In this document: in pieces, positions 11,266-23,545 of the stretch | How positions within the stretch are numbered: position 1 is the stretch's first letter | Layout: each line of letters opens with the position of its first letter | Assembly: GCA_051942165.1 (NCBI GenBank) | Contig: JAVECS010000004.1 | Coordinates: 1-63,396, forward strand | DNA length: 63,396 nt | Direction: 5' to 3' | DNA from: Circinaria calcarea | Lineage: Eukaryota | The notes under the pieces: model-generated | The model's input: only the letters and a program-made list of their open reading frames with translations | What the model was told of the DNA's origin: nothing | Database searches by the model: none | Program-made: the position numbers and the translations under genes

Positions 11266-13110
11266 ATGGCCTCACGATCGAAAATCGCAGCGTTATACAG
11301 ACAGTCAGGAAGTCGTCGGCGACCGTTATCTCGTCTGACCTTCCTACCCATTGTGCAGGCAAAGGCTCAGGTACGACGAGTAACGGCCGCCGCCGCCACA
11401 ACTGAACCCCATCAACCAGATGCTGATGGAGGCGTGCGAGGAGCGCCAAGCCCTCAGAAGCATATCAAGTATACCTCCGAAACGTATGTAGGTATTCTGC
11501 CCGGGTTAGGGACTTACTTATGAGAGTTGATTAGATATCCAAATATCAAACGGGATAGTCGATTCTCGGAAGTACTGTGCACAATACAGGTATCTTAAAT
11601 CAGTACGAAAAAGGCTGACAAATTCTTTTTCTCAGCTCACTACCGAACATGTTCAGCACTTTCGAAAGCTCATAGGGGTGCAGTCGGCTGTTATAGATGG
11701 AGTTTCGACGGAAGCCATAGATGATCTAGAACCCTTCAACAGCGATTGGATGCGAAAATATAAAGGCCACACTCGGCTGGTCATCAAACCCGGTTCTACC
11801 GAGGAAATGAGCAGAGTTCTCAAGTACTGTAATGATAATATGCTAGCGGTGGTGCCACAAGGGGGTAACTCCGGACTGGTTGGCGGATCTGTCCCCGTCT
11901 TTGATGAAATTGTGGTCAGTACCTCAAGGATGAACAAAATAAGGTCGTTCGATGAAGTTTCAGGTGCTCTTGTTGTCGATGCTGGTTGCATCTTGGAGGT
12001 TGTTGACCATTTCCTAAGAGATAGAAATTATGTCTTTCCATTAGATCTTGGGGCAAAAGGGTCCTGCCAAATTGGAGGCAACGTTGCTACGAATGCAGGT
12101 GGCCTCAGATTGCTCCGGTATGGCAGTCTACATGGTAACGTCCTAGGAATTGAAGCCGTTTTACCAGATGGTACAGTTCTTGATGATCTATCTAAACTTA
12201 GGAAGAACAATACGGGGTATGATATCAAGCAATTGTTCATTGGAGGCGAGGGTACTATTGGAATCATCACTGGTGTCTCAATACAATGTCCACAACGATC
12301 GAGGGCTCTAAATGTGGCTTTCTTTGGTCTTGAAAGCTTCGAAAAGGTTCAAATGGCGTTCAGGGAGGCCAAAAGCCAGCTGTCCGAAATCCTTTCAGCA
12401 TTCGAGCTAATGGACGGGCAGAGTCAGGAGTTAGTACACCATGTCACGAATAAGAAGCGGCCCTTGGAAGGCGAGTATCCTTTCTACTGTTTAATCGAAA
12501 CTAGCGGCTCAAATTCCGACCATGACAGCGAGAAGCTCGAGAGATTTCTTGAACACGTAATGAGCGAGGAGATTATCTCCGATGGAGTGCTAGCACAGGA
12601 TGAGACTCAGATCCAATCGTTATGGTCATGGCGAGAAGGGATTCCCGAATGCCTCGGGCATTGGGGAGGTGTTTACAAGTACGACCTTTCCATTCCAATA
12701 TCGGAGCTCTATAAGTTGGTTGAGGATACACGGGAACGTCTTACGGCGGCAAGTCTCATAGGAGATGACGAAAAGCATCCAGTTGTAGGTGTGGTAGGTT
12801 ACGGACACATGGGCGACTCGAATTTACATCTCAACGTTGCGACACGCAGGTTTGACAATGAGGTGGAGAAGCAGCTCGAACCATTCGTGTATGAGTGGAT
12901 AGCAGAGCGGAACGGGAGCATCAGTGCCGAGCATGGACTTGGAATTGCAAAGAAACCCTATATCAGATACAGTCGCAGTGAGACAATGATTAGGCTGATG
13001 AAACAAATCAAAAACCTATACGATCCTGTGAGTACATTCATTTCTGGTAGGTTAAGGATTTGCTAACATCTAGCTAGAATGGGATTATGAATCCTTACAA
13101 GTATATATAG
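11266..13110 (+). CDS. DLD2: FAD-linked D-2-hydroxyglutarate/D-lactate dehydrogenase, mitochondrial
   Basis: PQGGNSGLVGGSVPVFDE, DLGAKGSCQIGGNVATNAGG, GHMGDSNLHLN, SISAEHGLG; last exon NGIMNPYKYI; Arg-rich presequence. Confidence 0.95.
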
Positions 13111-13883
13111 ATTTTGGCTATCTACATCTGATTTCGGTGTAGAAACGTGTACAGGTGACTTGCATTTCGATTTTGTAGCAAGCACACTACGATATTTGTT
13201 CCCGATCCGATTGCATCCCGCGGCGGTGACATCAGGTGGGTACGGTCTCATCATCTCCGCAGGTTTCAGTCTCGACTTCTCTGCCGTGCTCCCGGAGTGC
13301 TTAACAAACAGATATATATCTAGGGAGGCTGGTGTGACGCCGTCAATGAAAGTCATTTACGATAGTTTGGAAGGAGGATAGTGGATAACTCTGCAGAAGT
13401 AATGAGTGGTTGGAACATTTGTATAAAGCACCTGGCCCTACAATCAATAGAGGACGATTGTGTCAAATTATGAATAATATATCTTCTCAGATCCAATCTG
13501 GCCTTAAATAAGGAAAGGTACTTCTCGCAGACTACAATATATAGAGTATACTTTGTAAATTACAAACAGGTAACGTGGTAAGGATGCAACGGCCTTAATT
13601 AAAGCTGAAACGTAACCGCGTTTTCAAACACCCGAAGCCCGTTGCTAGGAGAAACGGCTCTATTTGGCCGAGGTTCTTTCTAAGGTACCTTGGCATTCAA
13701 GCGGACTTTCTAGCAACATCGATTACTTTGGTAGATCATGCTTGCGCCCAATGCTTCGTGGACTTTCCTCGGAACTCTAGCTGGTCTGCGTCACTTCGGC
13801 CTTCTGCTTCACTTATTCTCACTTCACTGGCGCCGATCCAAACAAGGTCTTATCCCGTCTTCATTCTCCCACTCGCCATTAGA

Positions 13884-15878
13884 ATGGACGAGAGCGTGTT
13901 TGCAGACCAGTATCAGGTTCTTGAAGAGCTAGGCAGTTAGTATCACTATCGCCCTATATCGTGCAGAAAGCATGCTGATTGATTGTCGCTAGGTGGGAGC
14001 TTCGGTGTTGTTTACAAGGCAATAGAAGTTGCTACGGGGGATGTGGTTGCTATTAAGCATGCAAGTAGCTCGAGCATATGAAATATCTACTGGTAGCTGA
14101 CTTTTCGGCAGATTAATCTTGAATCAAGCGACGACGATATACAAGAGATTCAACAAGAAATATCCGTTCTGAGCACCTGTTCAAGCCCATTCGTTACACA
14201 GTATAAGACAAGCTTCCTACGTGGGCATAAATTATGGATTGTGATGGAATATCTCGGTGGGGGCTCTTGTTTAGACTTGGTACATCGGGATCTTGAACTA
14301 TCTCGTCAGCAAATCATATTGACTGAATAACATAGCTGAAACCCGGTCCCTTCAATGAGGGTCAAATTTCTATCGTCTGCCGCGAGCTCCTACTTGGTCT
14401 AGACTACCTTCATCAAGAGGGGAAGATCCATAGAGATATTAAAGCAGCCAACGTTCTACTTTCCCAATCGGGAAAGGTAAAGCTGGCAGATTTCGGAGTG
14501 GCGGCGCAGTTGACGAATATCAAGTCGCAGCGGAATACCTTCGTCGGAACTCCCTTTTGGATGGCGCCAGAGGTAATTCAGCAGGCCGGATACGACTTTA
14601 AAGCAGATATCTGGTCCCTTGGCATAACGGCAATGGAGATGGTCAATGGCGAACCCCCAAATGCTAGCACGCACCCAATGAAAGTACTATTTCTGATACC
14701 AAAGGCTCCTGCGCCTAAGCTCGAAGGCGGCAGCTACAGTTGGGATTTCAAAGACTTCGTCGCTGCATGCTTGATAAAGGATCCAGATCGCCGTCCCACC
14801 GCCAAAGAGCTGCTCCAACATCGGTTCATCCGCTCCGCGGGTAAGGTGGAAGGTCTGCAAGAACTCGTGCATAGGAGACGGATGTGGGACAGCAGTAGAG
14901 GAAGATCAGTACATCCCAAGCTCTACGAAGAAACCATGAACACAATGTCCCCACAGGAAGAGCAGGACGACTGGGTGTTTGACACCGTAAAGGCTCCAAC
15001 CAGTGCGGTCCAAATGCACAGGTCGAAACGTCGGAAGGCCTCCTCCGTCGCAGATCCTACAGAGGCTAACCCCGAGGTCATGCTAAAAAAACTCTCTTTG
15101 GACGATTCTCCTAGCCATGCGAAGACCTCTAGTCTTTCAACAATGCGAAGAGCCTCTACTAAGCGGCAGTCATCATCTACCCAAGTTTTGTCCCCTGCGA
15201 AACGGAGAACTAGTGCGCAAAGGAAACCTTTGGCACCAGATATGAGCTTCGGAAACGGGGCATCCACAGTGAGACAGTTTCGGCGCGTTTCAGATAACTC
15301 GCCGGAGTTGTCACCGAACGTGTCCATGGCGAACAGAGACGAAAATCGACCGCCTCCTGCCGAATCGATTACAAAGGAAGCCCTGCTCGGCAGGCGGGCG
15401 TATGCTAAAGTTTTCGACCAGTCATTTCAAGAGCTATATGCACAGACAGGGAACCAAGTCAAGCGAGAGGCTATTTCCAAAGCGGCCGTCGCTATGAGTG
15501 GTCTGGACATAGATGATCCAGAAGGGGAATATCAACTGCTGAAGTTAATAGTCGAGAAGATCAAGAGGTATGAGTACTTTACCATTGTATGTAACATATT
15601 GACTAACATCTTTCAGCGACCCAAGGCTCTCATCATTGCTACCTCTCTCCCAACCACCGCAGAAACCCAAACTTGTTCTTGCACAGAGCAATCCACACCT
15701 TAAGAGCCACCATCGAAGACAGTCATCAATTGTGTCCACAAATGAGGTTTATGATGAAAAGCTACCAAACCTACCGGGTCAGATAGTACCGGGGCTGGAA
15801 CACACCAAGCAGCTAGCAGACGTGCTATACACCAAATGGGTGGATGGTCTCAAGAACCGCTGGCCTGCGATATCTTAA
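13884..15878 (+). CDS. sid1: Ste20/GCK-family kinase of the septation initiation network (Sid1/SepL-like)
   Basis: ELGSGSFGVVYK, IHRDIKAANVLL, DFGVAAQL, RNTFVGTPFWMAPEVI; C-terminal LADVLYTKWVDGLKNRWP typical of Sid1 orthologs. Confidence 0.85.
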
Positions 15879-16526
15879 TCTCGCTACTAGAATCATTTAC
15901 ATGTGCATACTGCCTGCAGAGTTTCAAAGTGGCGTTACCGACTGTCAACGCCGAGCTAGCATCCTGTCTATATTTATGCCTCGCAACGCATAGCTGGAGA
16001 CTATGTTATCTTCTGCTGTCTCTTTCCGGCCTAGGCTAGTAAATTCTGGATACTTTTACGTCTCTCTCTCACACATAGCTACAAATGCGGCAGAGGTTAA
16101 GCGGGGACTTCTGGAAGAGCGAGCCTTGGCTATTTGTAACATAACGTACATCAGACCTTAAATCAAAAGTTCGCGTCGTTCGTCTTTAGTATGACGGAGA
16201 GATCCCATGCTATAAGAGTGCTCTCAAAACTCATATACCTAACCAGGTAACTTACATTTAATACGATACAAAGCTGAATGTTACAGCAGGGTGAATCGTT
16301 TTCTACACAGTACGCAGTACCTTAGCTTGTCCATTAAGGCTGAAACCGTGTTTACGTCCTAAATCTTGCATATCGTAACCTCGGCCATAATTGGAGCACG
16401 GCTCAACTTTCAAGGTTGGCAATCACCGAGGCAACAGTTATAGTTAATCTTTTGTTATTCGCATCAACACGCGAGGGACAAAGAACAATAGGACAGCTTT
16501 GACTGCTATCTAGTCTACCTTCCTTT

Positions 16527-17825
16527 ATGACGCCTCTAATATTGTTTATACGTCTCATCCTAGCTATAACTTACTGTATCGCAAGTCAGCATACGGCTTT
16601 CGCTCCTATCAGTACTGGATCGATGTCCTCAAGTACGAGTAACGATTACCAACTTGGCATTATTGGGACAACCGAGACTGTCGCTATGTCTACCGTTATC
16701 GCTGACAGGGTTGCTATGTCCCCTCCACCGCATCCTTCACCAGCACGCACGGTACTTACGTCGGAGACTTTGGCAATGCGAAGCTTACGAAGACTATCCT
16801 TCAAGAGTCCCGAATTAAGGAGTAAGCAAAACGGCAATTCGCAATACGTATCGAACACTCCAGCACTGGATACCAGGAATGCACTGGCTGCAGATGGAAC
16901 ACCTGCCAGGAAATCATCCAATTCTAGCGAGTCCAGTACATTTCTTACTACATTAGCCACCCAAGAAAGGCGCGTTCTAGAATTGAAAGAAGAGCTTCAG
17001 AAGGCGGAATCGGACCTCGAAACTTTGAAGAAGCAGTGGGCATCACATGAAGCCACCAAGAAAAAGGATGAGCTGCGTCACTCAGAGCAGCTGCGGACGA
17101 TTGCTTTTCCTACTCGCATTACGCGCTTGAATTTGATGGCGGAAACTCCTTGCATCATGAAGGACCAAGAGCGACACAAAGCCATGTATATACAGACGAG
17201 GCAGCCTCCACGTAAGGTCTTTGCAGGCTCAAGGCATACAAGAACCCTTTCACTCTTAACGTCAACGCCTACGTACTATGATAAAACGACCCCAGAAATC
17301 AGTATGGCATCACCTAAGTCGCCAAGAGTTGGTACGGCCAAATGGCCAGCGAGATCTGCAACTAGCCCTGAGTTTATTTTCTATCCGGCTAGCAGTCGAG
17401 ATCTTCCTGCCATGCTGAAACCTTCGACTAGCATTCCTAAGGAAGATCTTGTCATTACCGGCAAACAGTTTTTCGGAGATCTGCGAGAGGGTTTATGGAC
17501 CTTCATCGAGGACCTCAAACAGACCACGGTTGGTGAGGAAGCTGTAAGCAATGTAAGGTCAAGACGTACACGTGGTGAGCGAACAGACTTGCCTTCCATA
17601 GTATACGACACCAGATTACCCACTTGTACGAAGCAAGGTTTTTCGGACATGAAATTGTCCGACAATCGAGGTGATCCTGTTGGGGCCTTAGACAGTCAAA
17701 CGTTTTCAAAGCCCAGAGGGAAAGGTGGGAGGCAGGAACTGGCTCAGATGCTACGTAAAGCCCAAGATTTAGAGAATTCTAAGGAAGATGGAATACTCCC
17801 CTATGATGACGGATGGGGCAAATAG
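16527..17825 (+). CDS. DUF4048-like coiled-coil protein, apparently truncated at the C-terminus
   Basis: FLTTLATQERRVLELKEELQKAESDLETLKKQWASHEA, RKVFAGSRHTRTLSLL and GKQFFGDLREGLWTFIEDLKQTTVGEEA match the fungal DUF4048 family as I recall it. True start uncertain. Confidence 0.7.
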   Translation: MTPLILFIRLILAITYCIASQHTAFAPISTGSMSSSTSNDYQLGIIGTTETVAMSTVIADRVAMSPPPHPSPARTVLTSETLAMRSLRRLSFKSPELRSKQNGNSQYVSNTPALDTRNALAADGTPARKSSNSSESSTFLTTLATQERRVLELKEELQKAESDLETLKKQWASHEATKKKDELRHSEQLRTIAFPTRITRLNLMAETPCIMKDQERHKAMYIQTRQPPRKVFAGSRHTRTLSLLTSTPTYYDKTTPEISMASPKSPRVGTAKWPARSATSPEFIFYPASSRDLPAMLKPSTSIPKEDLVITGKQFFGDLREGLWTFIEDLKQTTVGEEAVSNVRSRRTRGERTDLPSIVYDTRLPTCTKQGFSDMKLSDNRGDPVGALDSQTFSKPRGKGGRQELAQMLRKAQDLENSKEDGILPYDDGWGK

Positions 17826-18542
17826 GTTCTCCGACAGCACAATTCTCGTTAAAAACTGGATACTACTCCTTACCGTCCGAGGTCTATGGATTCGCCATTC
17901 TTGGGCGAAAACAGCTCCAGGACCAGAACGAGGTAGTGCTTCTTACGCAGGAGAGAAAATTGGAACTGAGCTTTCGAAGTCTGTCTGATTTCTCTCGCGC
18001 ACGCCGAATTATCATGCCTCGCGGTTGAGGTCTGACGATTTACCTTGACAAGTGCTGACGAGTGTATCACCGAGACCTTTTAAAAATAAAATGCTCAAGC
18101 TGATGAATAGGTTGGAGAGGAGTCTGACACCATCCGAAGATGGTAACACTTAGTATGCAACCAAAGTAGGGAAGGAGAAGAAGTTGGACTTACGGCCCAC
18201 TATAGATTCATTGTTGAAATCACATGCCCCGGGAAGGAACATTGATAGACTGGAACGTATAGATCGTTCAACCCTTATTCAGCTGTGCAGATCGTCCGGA
18301 AGGGTGTGGCATGAATAGAGGATGATATATTGTCTACGCGACTGGTGTGGTATTGTTTTATACATAGACTATCTCTTTAAGGAATATAGCAAATGGAACA
18401 GTCTAGAGTGAAAGAGGAAATTCTCGCTTCGCCTCTTCCTTACTGTGTAGGTAGCTCGGTAACATTCCGTCGATTGTAGCGACGTCGACGTGCTGGGAAG
18501 CAACAATGTTTCGATAGAAATTGCTTTACTACATTTCGCACG

Positions 18543-19296
18543 ATGAATGTTCCTGGTCTGCCCGGCCGGGGCTTGGGTGCTGCAAACAGCGAGGCCACAG
18601 GCATGAGCGACCAAGAGGCTATGATGGTCAAATCCGTACGTCCGAGCTGACTGGCCAATACTGATCTATCCGCAAGGTCATCCATAAGCTTACCTCCTCG
18701 ACAGATGCAAGCCGCAATGGAGAGCTGTCTGGCTAAGACCGTTCTTGCCGGCGGAATGGGATTCGCCTTGGGAGGAGCTTTTGGTCTTTTCATGTCAAGT
18801 GTATAGATCCATCTCCTGGAGAGGCCGCCCTGAGTAGAGCCAGGATCATCATCGTCATTGATCCTTTGACTGACCAGTTCATTACTTTCCACAGATGAGC
18901 TACGATACGCCCCTCAGCGCGCAGGGTCAACAACTGTCTGATCTACCGTTGCGAGAGCAGTTGAGAAGAGGTTTCAAGGATATGGGCACGAGATCCTACA
19001 GTTCTGCCAAGAACTTCGCCATGGTCGGTGCCATTTTTTCGGGAACGGAGTGTTGTATAGAAGGGGTGAGTGAAGGCTCCCTTCGAATGGTTCGTGGGAG
19101 TGGTTAATGAAGCTAAAGGTGCTACATGCAGTTCCGGGGTAAAAACGATCTAAAAAACGGTATCGCTGCTGGGTGCATTACAGGCGGGGTCTTGGGGGCA
19201 AAAGCCGGGCCACAGGCAGCTGCCATTGGTTGTGCTGGCTTCGCAGCATTCAGTGCAGCCATTGACTACTATATGAGGATGCCCTCAGATGGATAA
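18543..19296 (+). CDS. TIM22: Mitochondrial inner membrane translocase subunit Tim22, 4 exons
   Basis: [85 protein letters not shown]. Confidence 0.96.
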
Positions 19297-19938
19297 CCTT
19301 TGCATCATCCTATCGGAGGGCACTCCAGGATTCAATTCTCCACTTTAATCGTTGAGGTAGCCGACATTGCAAAAGGGGTCGGTGGCATATGTTAAGCATA
19401 GCTAAGGCGCCAAGGTTGATTTTGATCGCGAAAGATACCCTAAGGTGGATCATAGAGCTGCGACATAATATTTTCGTTGGAAGGGGCTTGTCGTGTCAAA
19501 TGTAACAGCACATCAAGGTACGAGGATCCCAATATTAGCATAGACGTGTCTCTGGCTCTTAAGAAACATTAAGCTAGCAAGAGTTTTCCGTCTGCAACAT
19601 CAGCTTATTGCGGTAATGGCGGCATACGTGAATTCCTCGAGTAAGGCGGCTCTCAATAAACCAAGGTGACAAGATATGTTGGCCGCACAATGGGTCTAGT
19701 TGCCGTATCTAACAAAAGATACGTATTTGGGTCGCTTAGCAGCAGAAGGCCGTGGATGCCTTTACTCTCATCATGGTAACATAGCACAGAACGTTCATTG
19801 CTTTCTGCCAAAATACCAGCTCAATCCCTTTTTTCCCAGCTGACAATCATCAGACCTACCTACATCAGAACCGGTCGTTGCAGTTGAATAGATCACACAC
19901 TCTTTAGTGAAACCCAGTTCTTGAGCTAGATCCCCATA

Positions 19939-20903
19939 ATGATGATACTTCGCTCTCTACTCGTGGGCGCCGACGTCCTGCTCGGCCAGATCACCTTTAC
20001 TTATTCCCATGCTGATGCTACTTCTTGGACTCAATCGTCTGCCAAAGCTGTGACGCCCGCCGGTTTTGGCAGCAGTATCTATACATCTGCTAATCCACCT
20101 TGCACTTCCGCCCCCCGTGGTTTGAATGTTCCACCATGTGCTGTAAGTTCGGGCGTGTCCCTAGCATGCCATTTCGACGTCCTAACTCCTTACCCTAGCT
20201 TCCATGCTTTGCGTATCAGTTCGACAACAACAACTGCCCCAAGGACCATCTGGATGTTGATCGTCTTTGCTCCAAGATTGTCTTAGCAGTCATTGGAAAC
20301 CAGGAATGCCTTGCCTGGCCATGTTTCTTGCTGAATGATAGAAATGGTTAAAGGCCTGCAGAGAATGATTGACAACCAGGCTGACTTTGCATAGCTACCC
20401 GTGCTGTGAAAGAAAAAGGCTGCACGGGGTTTGCAAATGGCAGGATCCCATCCTTGTTACCGGCCGCCACCGTGGTACATCTGCGTCGATCCATTAATCC
20501 CTTTGACACAACATCGACCTTCCTTAAGACTGCAGCGGCCTCTCATCTAGATATTTACGAGAAACCGTTCACACCTGCCGAGGAGTCTGCTTATGATTTC
20601 GAGTCTGGATTTCTTAGGCTCCTACCACCAAAAGCTGCTTCCGCCACCGGCGCTGGGGTGTCTCTTCCGACCTTGGCGTATAACTCCAGCTTCTATCCAA
20701 ACACGACATCTATTCGGGGATTGGCCGCTGAAATTTCTACGCTGACACTCACGTCTACAGTCTTCGCACCTGTTACGCCTACGTCCCAGAGCCTGGCACC
20801 GATTAACAGTTTTACTAGTACAGCAGTAGGCTGTGTGTTTAGTTGTAGAAGCTTTTTCAAGTTCGTGCTCGGTGCTTGTACCGCACATCTCTGGCTTTTA
20901 TGA
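19939..20903 (+). CDS. CFEM-domain secreted, possibly GPI-anchored protein, 3 exons
   Basis: Introns 20143-20198 and 20347-20394 give PPCALPCFAYQFDNNNCPKDHLDVDRLCSKIVLAVIGNQECLAWPCFLLNDRNATRAVKEKGC (CFEM cysteine spacing), then an S/T-rich region and a hydrophobic C-terminus. Confidence 0.75.
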
Positions 20904-21414
20904 GAACAGAGAGTCTAAGATCAATTATCATGTCTCTGGTCTTATTGTACTAAGTGGCAGAAGGGTCAAAGGCTCTCACTGTTGTTTGTATCATGTCTGG
21001 ATACACCTATCAGCATTGATCCTCAACGGTGTGTGCCTCTACCGACTAGGTCTAGAAACATCGTGAATGGTTGTTTAAAACATGAATGTGCTTTCGCTAG
21101 TTTTGCCATAGAGACGAACCACAAATCCCTCGACTGCGTGTCTGTGCCGTTAATGGATGTAGATTGATATCTCATCGGTGATTTCTGACGTACGTAGACG
21201 ACCAAGAAATATACATTATCTGGGTGATATGTGTTACACCTCCCTGTCCTAAGCGAGGTTATCTCGAAACCTAAGTTTTACCACCATACCTAAGATTCTG
21301 TGCACTAGACCCGCCTGCGATGCATGTACGTTTTGCAGCCTGGAGACATGCGTTACGTTCCTGTAAGTAACTAGCATCTCTGACTTATCGCACCTTGGAC
21401 CGTTAGCTTCTGGC

Positions 21415-22636
21415 ATGGCAATCGACGAAGATTACTCGGTTGAGAAGCCTCTCAACCGAGAACCTCCTGTCAAAGATCTCATTTCGAGGTGATTTCACTT
21501 GGATTCTGCTTGGCCGCTCCAACAGTCATTGACCGTCTACATACAGCTTCATCACTCAGAAAGAGAACTATGACCGCAATCATGGAGCGATCCCCCACAT
21601 CGATGCAACGACTCACGTGGTCCGCGTCGATGGTGCAGTCAAAGAAGTCCTCAACTTGTCCATCTCTCAGTTGCAGAAAGACTTCCAGCAGCATGATGTT
21701 ATCTGCGCCCTCCAGTGTGCCGGTAACCGCCGTCACACCATGCGGACTCTCTTGAAAGAGGTCGATGGCATTGACTGGGGAGATGGCGCAGTCATGAATT
21801 GTCAGTGGAGCGGGCCAAGGCTCAGGGATGTTCTGAGAAAAGCTGGGCTGGCCGTATCCGATCCGACGGGCTTCCATGTTGCTTTCGCCTGTTTTCAAAC
21901 CGAGACTCAAGATGATTCATGGTACGGCAGCAGTATTGCACTGGAGCGGGCGATGCGAGAGGATGGAGATGTGATTTTGGCCTTGAAGGTAGGCCCGCCG
22001 GTTCTCGGTAACCTCGATTGGCAGCGTGGCTCAATCTCATAGATGAACGGTGATGTCCTACCCGTCAACCATGGCTACCCGGTCCGGGTTATTGTGCCCG
22101 GTATTGCCGGGGCTCGCTCAGTCAAATGGCTCGACCGGATCACCGTACAATCAGAAGAATCGAGGAACTTCTACCAGCAGCGGGACTACAAGATCCTGCC
22201 CCCAGAAGCTACTGACAAGGAAGCAGCTGCGAAATACTGGGACATCACCCCGGCTATCCAGGACATGCCTATCAACTCTGTCATTGCATCCCCGCAGACT
22301 GGTGAAACTGTCCCCGTCTCCACAGATGGTACTGTTGAGGTCAAAGGCTACGCGTTGCCGCAGGGCGACCAAGGCCCGATTGTCAAGGTAGAGGTATCCG
22401 TGGACGACGGGAAAACATGGGTGGAAGCTGACCTTCTGGACGGGGCGGATGGAAAGGGAAAGTGGTGCTGGGTTTTGTGGAGAGCCAGCGCTAGGATAGA
22501 GAGGGGTCCGAATCGAAGGATACAGAGTCGGGCAACGGACAAAGGGGGTAATGTGCAAGAGCCCTGTCCACAATGGAATCTCAGGGGTGTGGGATACAAC
22601 GGGTATGGCGAGTCGAGGGATGTCAGCGTAGTTTAA
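21415..22636 (+). CDS. Sulfite oxidase-family molybdopterin oxidoreductase lacking a cytochrome b5 domain
   Basis: PLNREPP, YDRNHGAIP, LQCAGNRR (Mo-ligand Cys), HGYPVRVIVPGIAGARSVKWL, GKWCWVLW, WNLRGVGYN. Possible upstream exon from 21320. Confidence 0.93.
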
Positions 22637-22857
22637 GGCCCTTTTATAGTTTTCGATCACGACTCATGACAGACAAGGAGACGTAGTCAGAACCGCGCTA
22701 GGGGTCGCTACTTTAGAGGTACCGTTCAATATTCCATCTTAGCAGAGATATAAAGGTTCTGCAACACAGCTCAGCTTCTTACTCTGTGCCTAGTTTAATC
22801 AATACACCCATACAGGATATATTTCCAACATACAGCCTTATTCTCACATCTTTTGGA

Positions 22858-23066
22858 CAATGCTAGCGATAGAATACCACACCGTCGGTGTAATGAAGAG
22901 GCTCTACACTATTAGTGTCAACAGTGTGGCTTAAAATGGGTGGGCGTTTTAAGGTTTTAAGGTTTTAAGGGTTGAATAGTTAAGTTAGCTAGATAATATA
23001 CCAATAGTGTATCTGTCGGTATAGTATGAACCCCACACCACACCGTTGACACTATCGCCAGCGTTG
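22858..23066. mobile_element. hAT-type MITE with 8-bp target site duplication
   Basis: TIRs CAATGCTAGCGATAG (22858-22872) and, as reverse complement, CAACGCTGGCGATAG (23052-23066). Identical flanking direct repeat CTTTTGGA at 22850-22857 and 23067-23074. Confidence 0.85.
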
Positions 23067-23545
23067 CTTTTGGATCTCTACTACACATCATTGACTGCAA
23101 ACACGTACAGAACCTGGAGCGCTAGGGGGAAATAAATTTGTGCATAGTCCTAATAAAACCGTCTGTACCTCTGTTGCCGTTGTTTACTTAAAGCAGGGGC
23201 ATTTTCAGTTTTCATTTTATTCTAGCGCACACGTCGATGTTGTTATAATTCTAGAGTCGGTGTGCTTTACAGTGACTTTTTCACCTGTCCGGTAGATCTG
23301 CAACATATCCGCGAGGAGAAACAAGTAAACGTGTATTTAGTGATTTCAAACTGCGGTCTAGACTTCCGGACATTCTTAGAATTAATAGACCCATTCATAA
23401 TTATCTTCTGAGTTGCTGTCACTCGGATTGCTGATCCAGATCCCTCGGTTACACTGCTCGACAGATCACCCACGCCAAAACAACTCGGTTCAAAGAGCTT
23501 CAGGATCTTGTGTTGAACAACCTTACCTGTAACAGCCCACGTTCG

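Noticed and set aside
13063..13381. Overlapping short ORFs on both strands downstream of DLD2
   Set aside because: No recognisable motifs; they overlap the DLD2 3' end and probable UTR.
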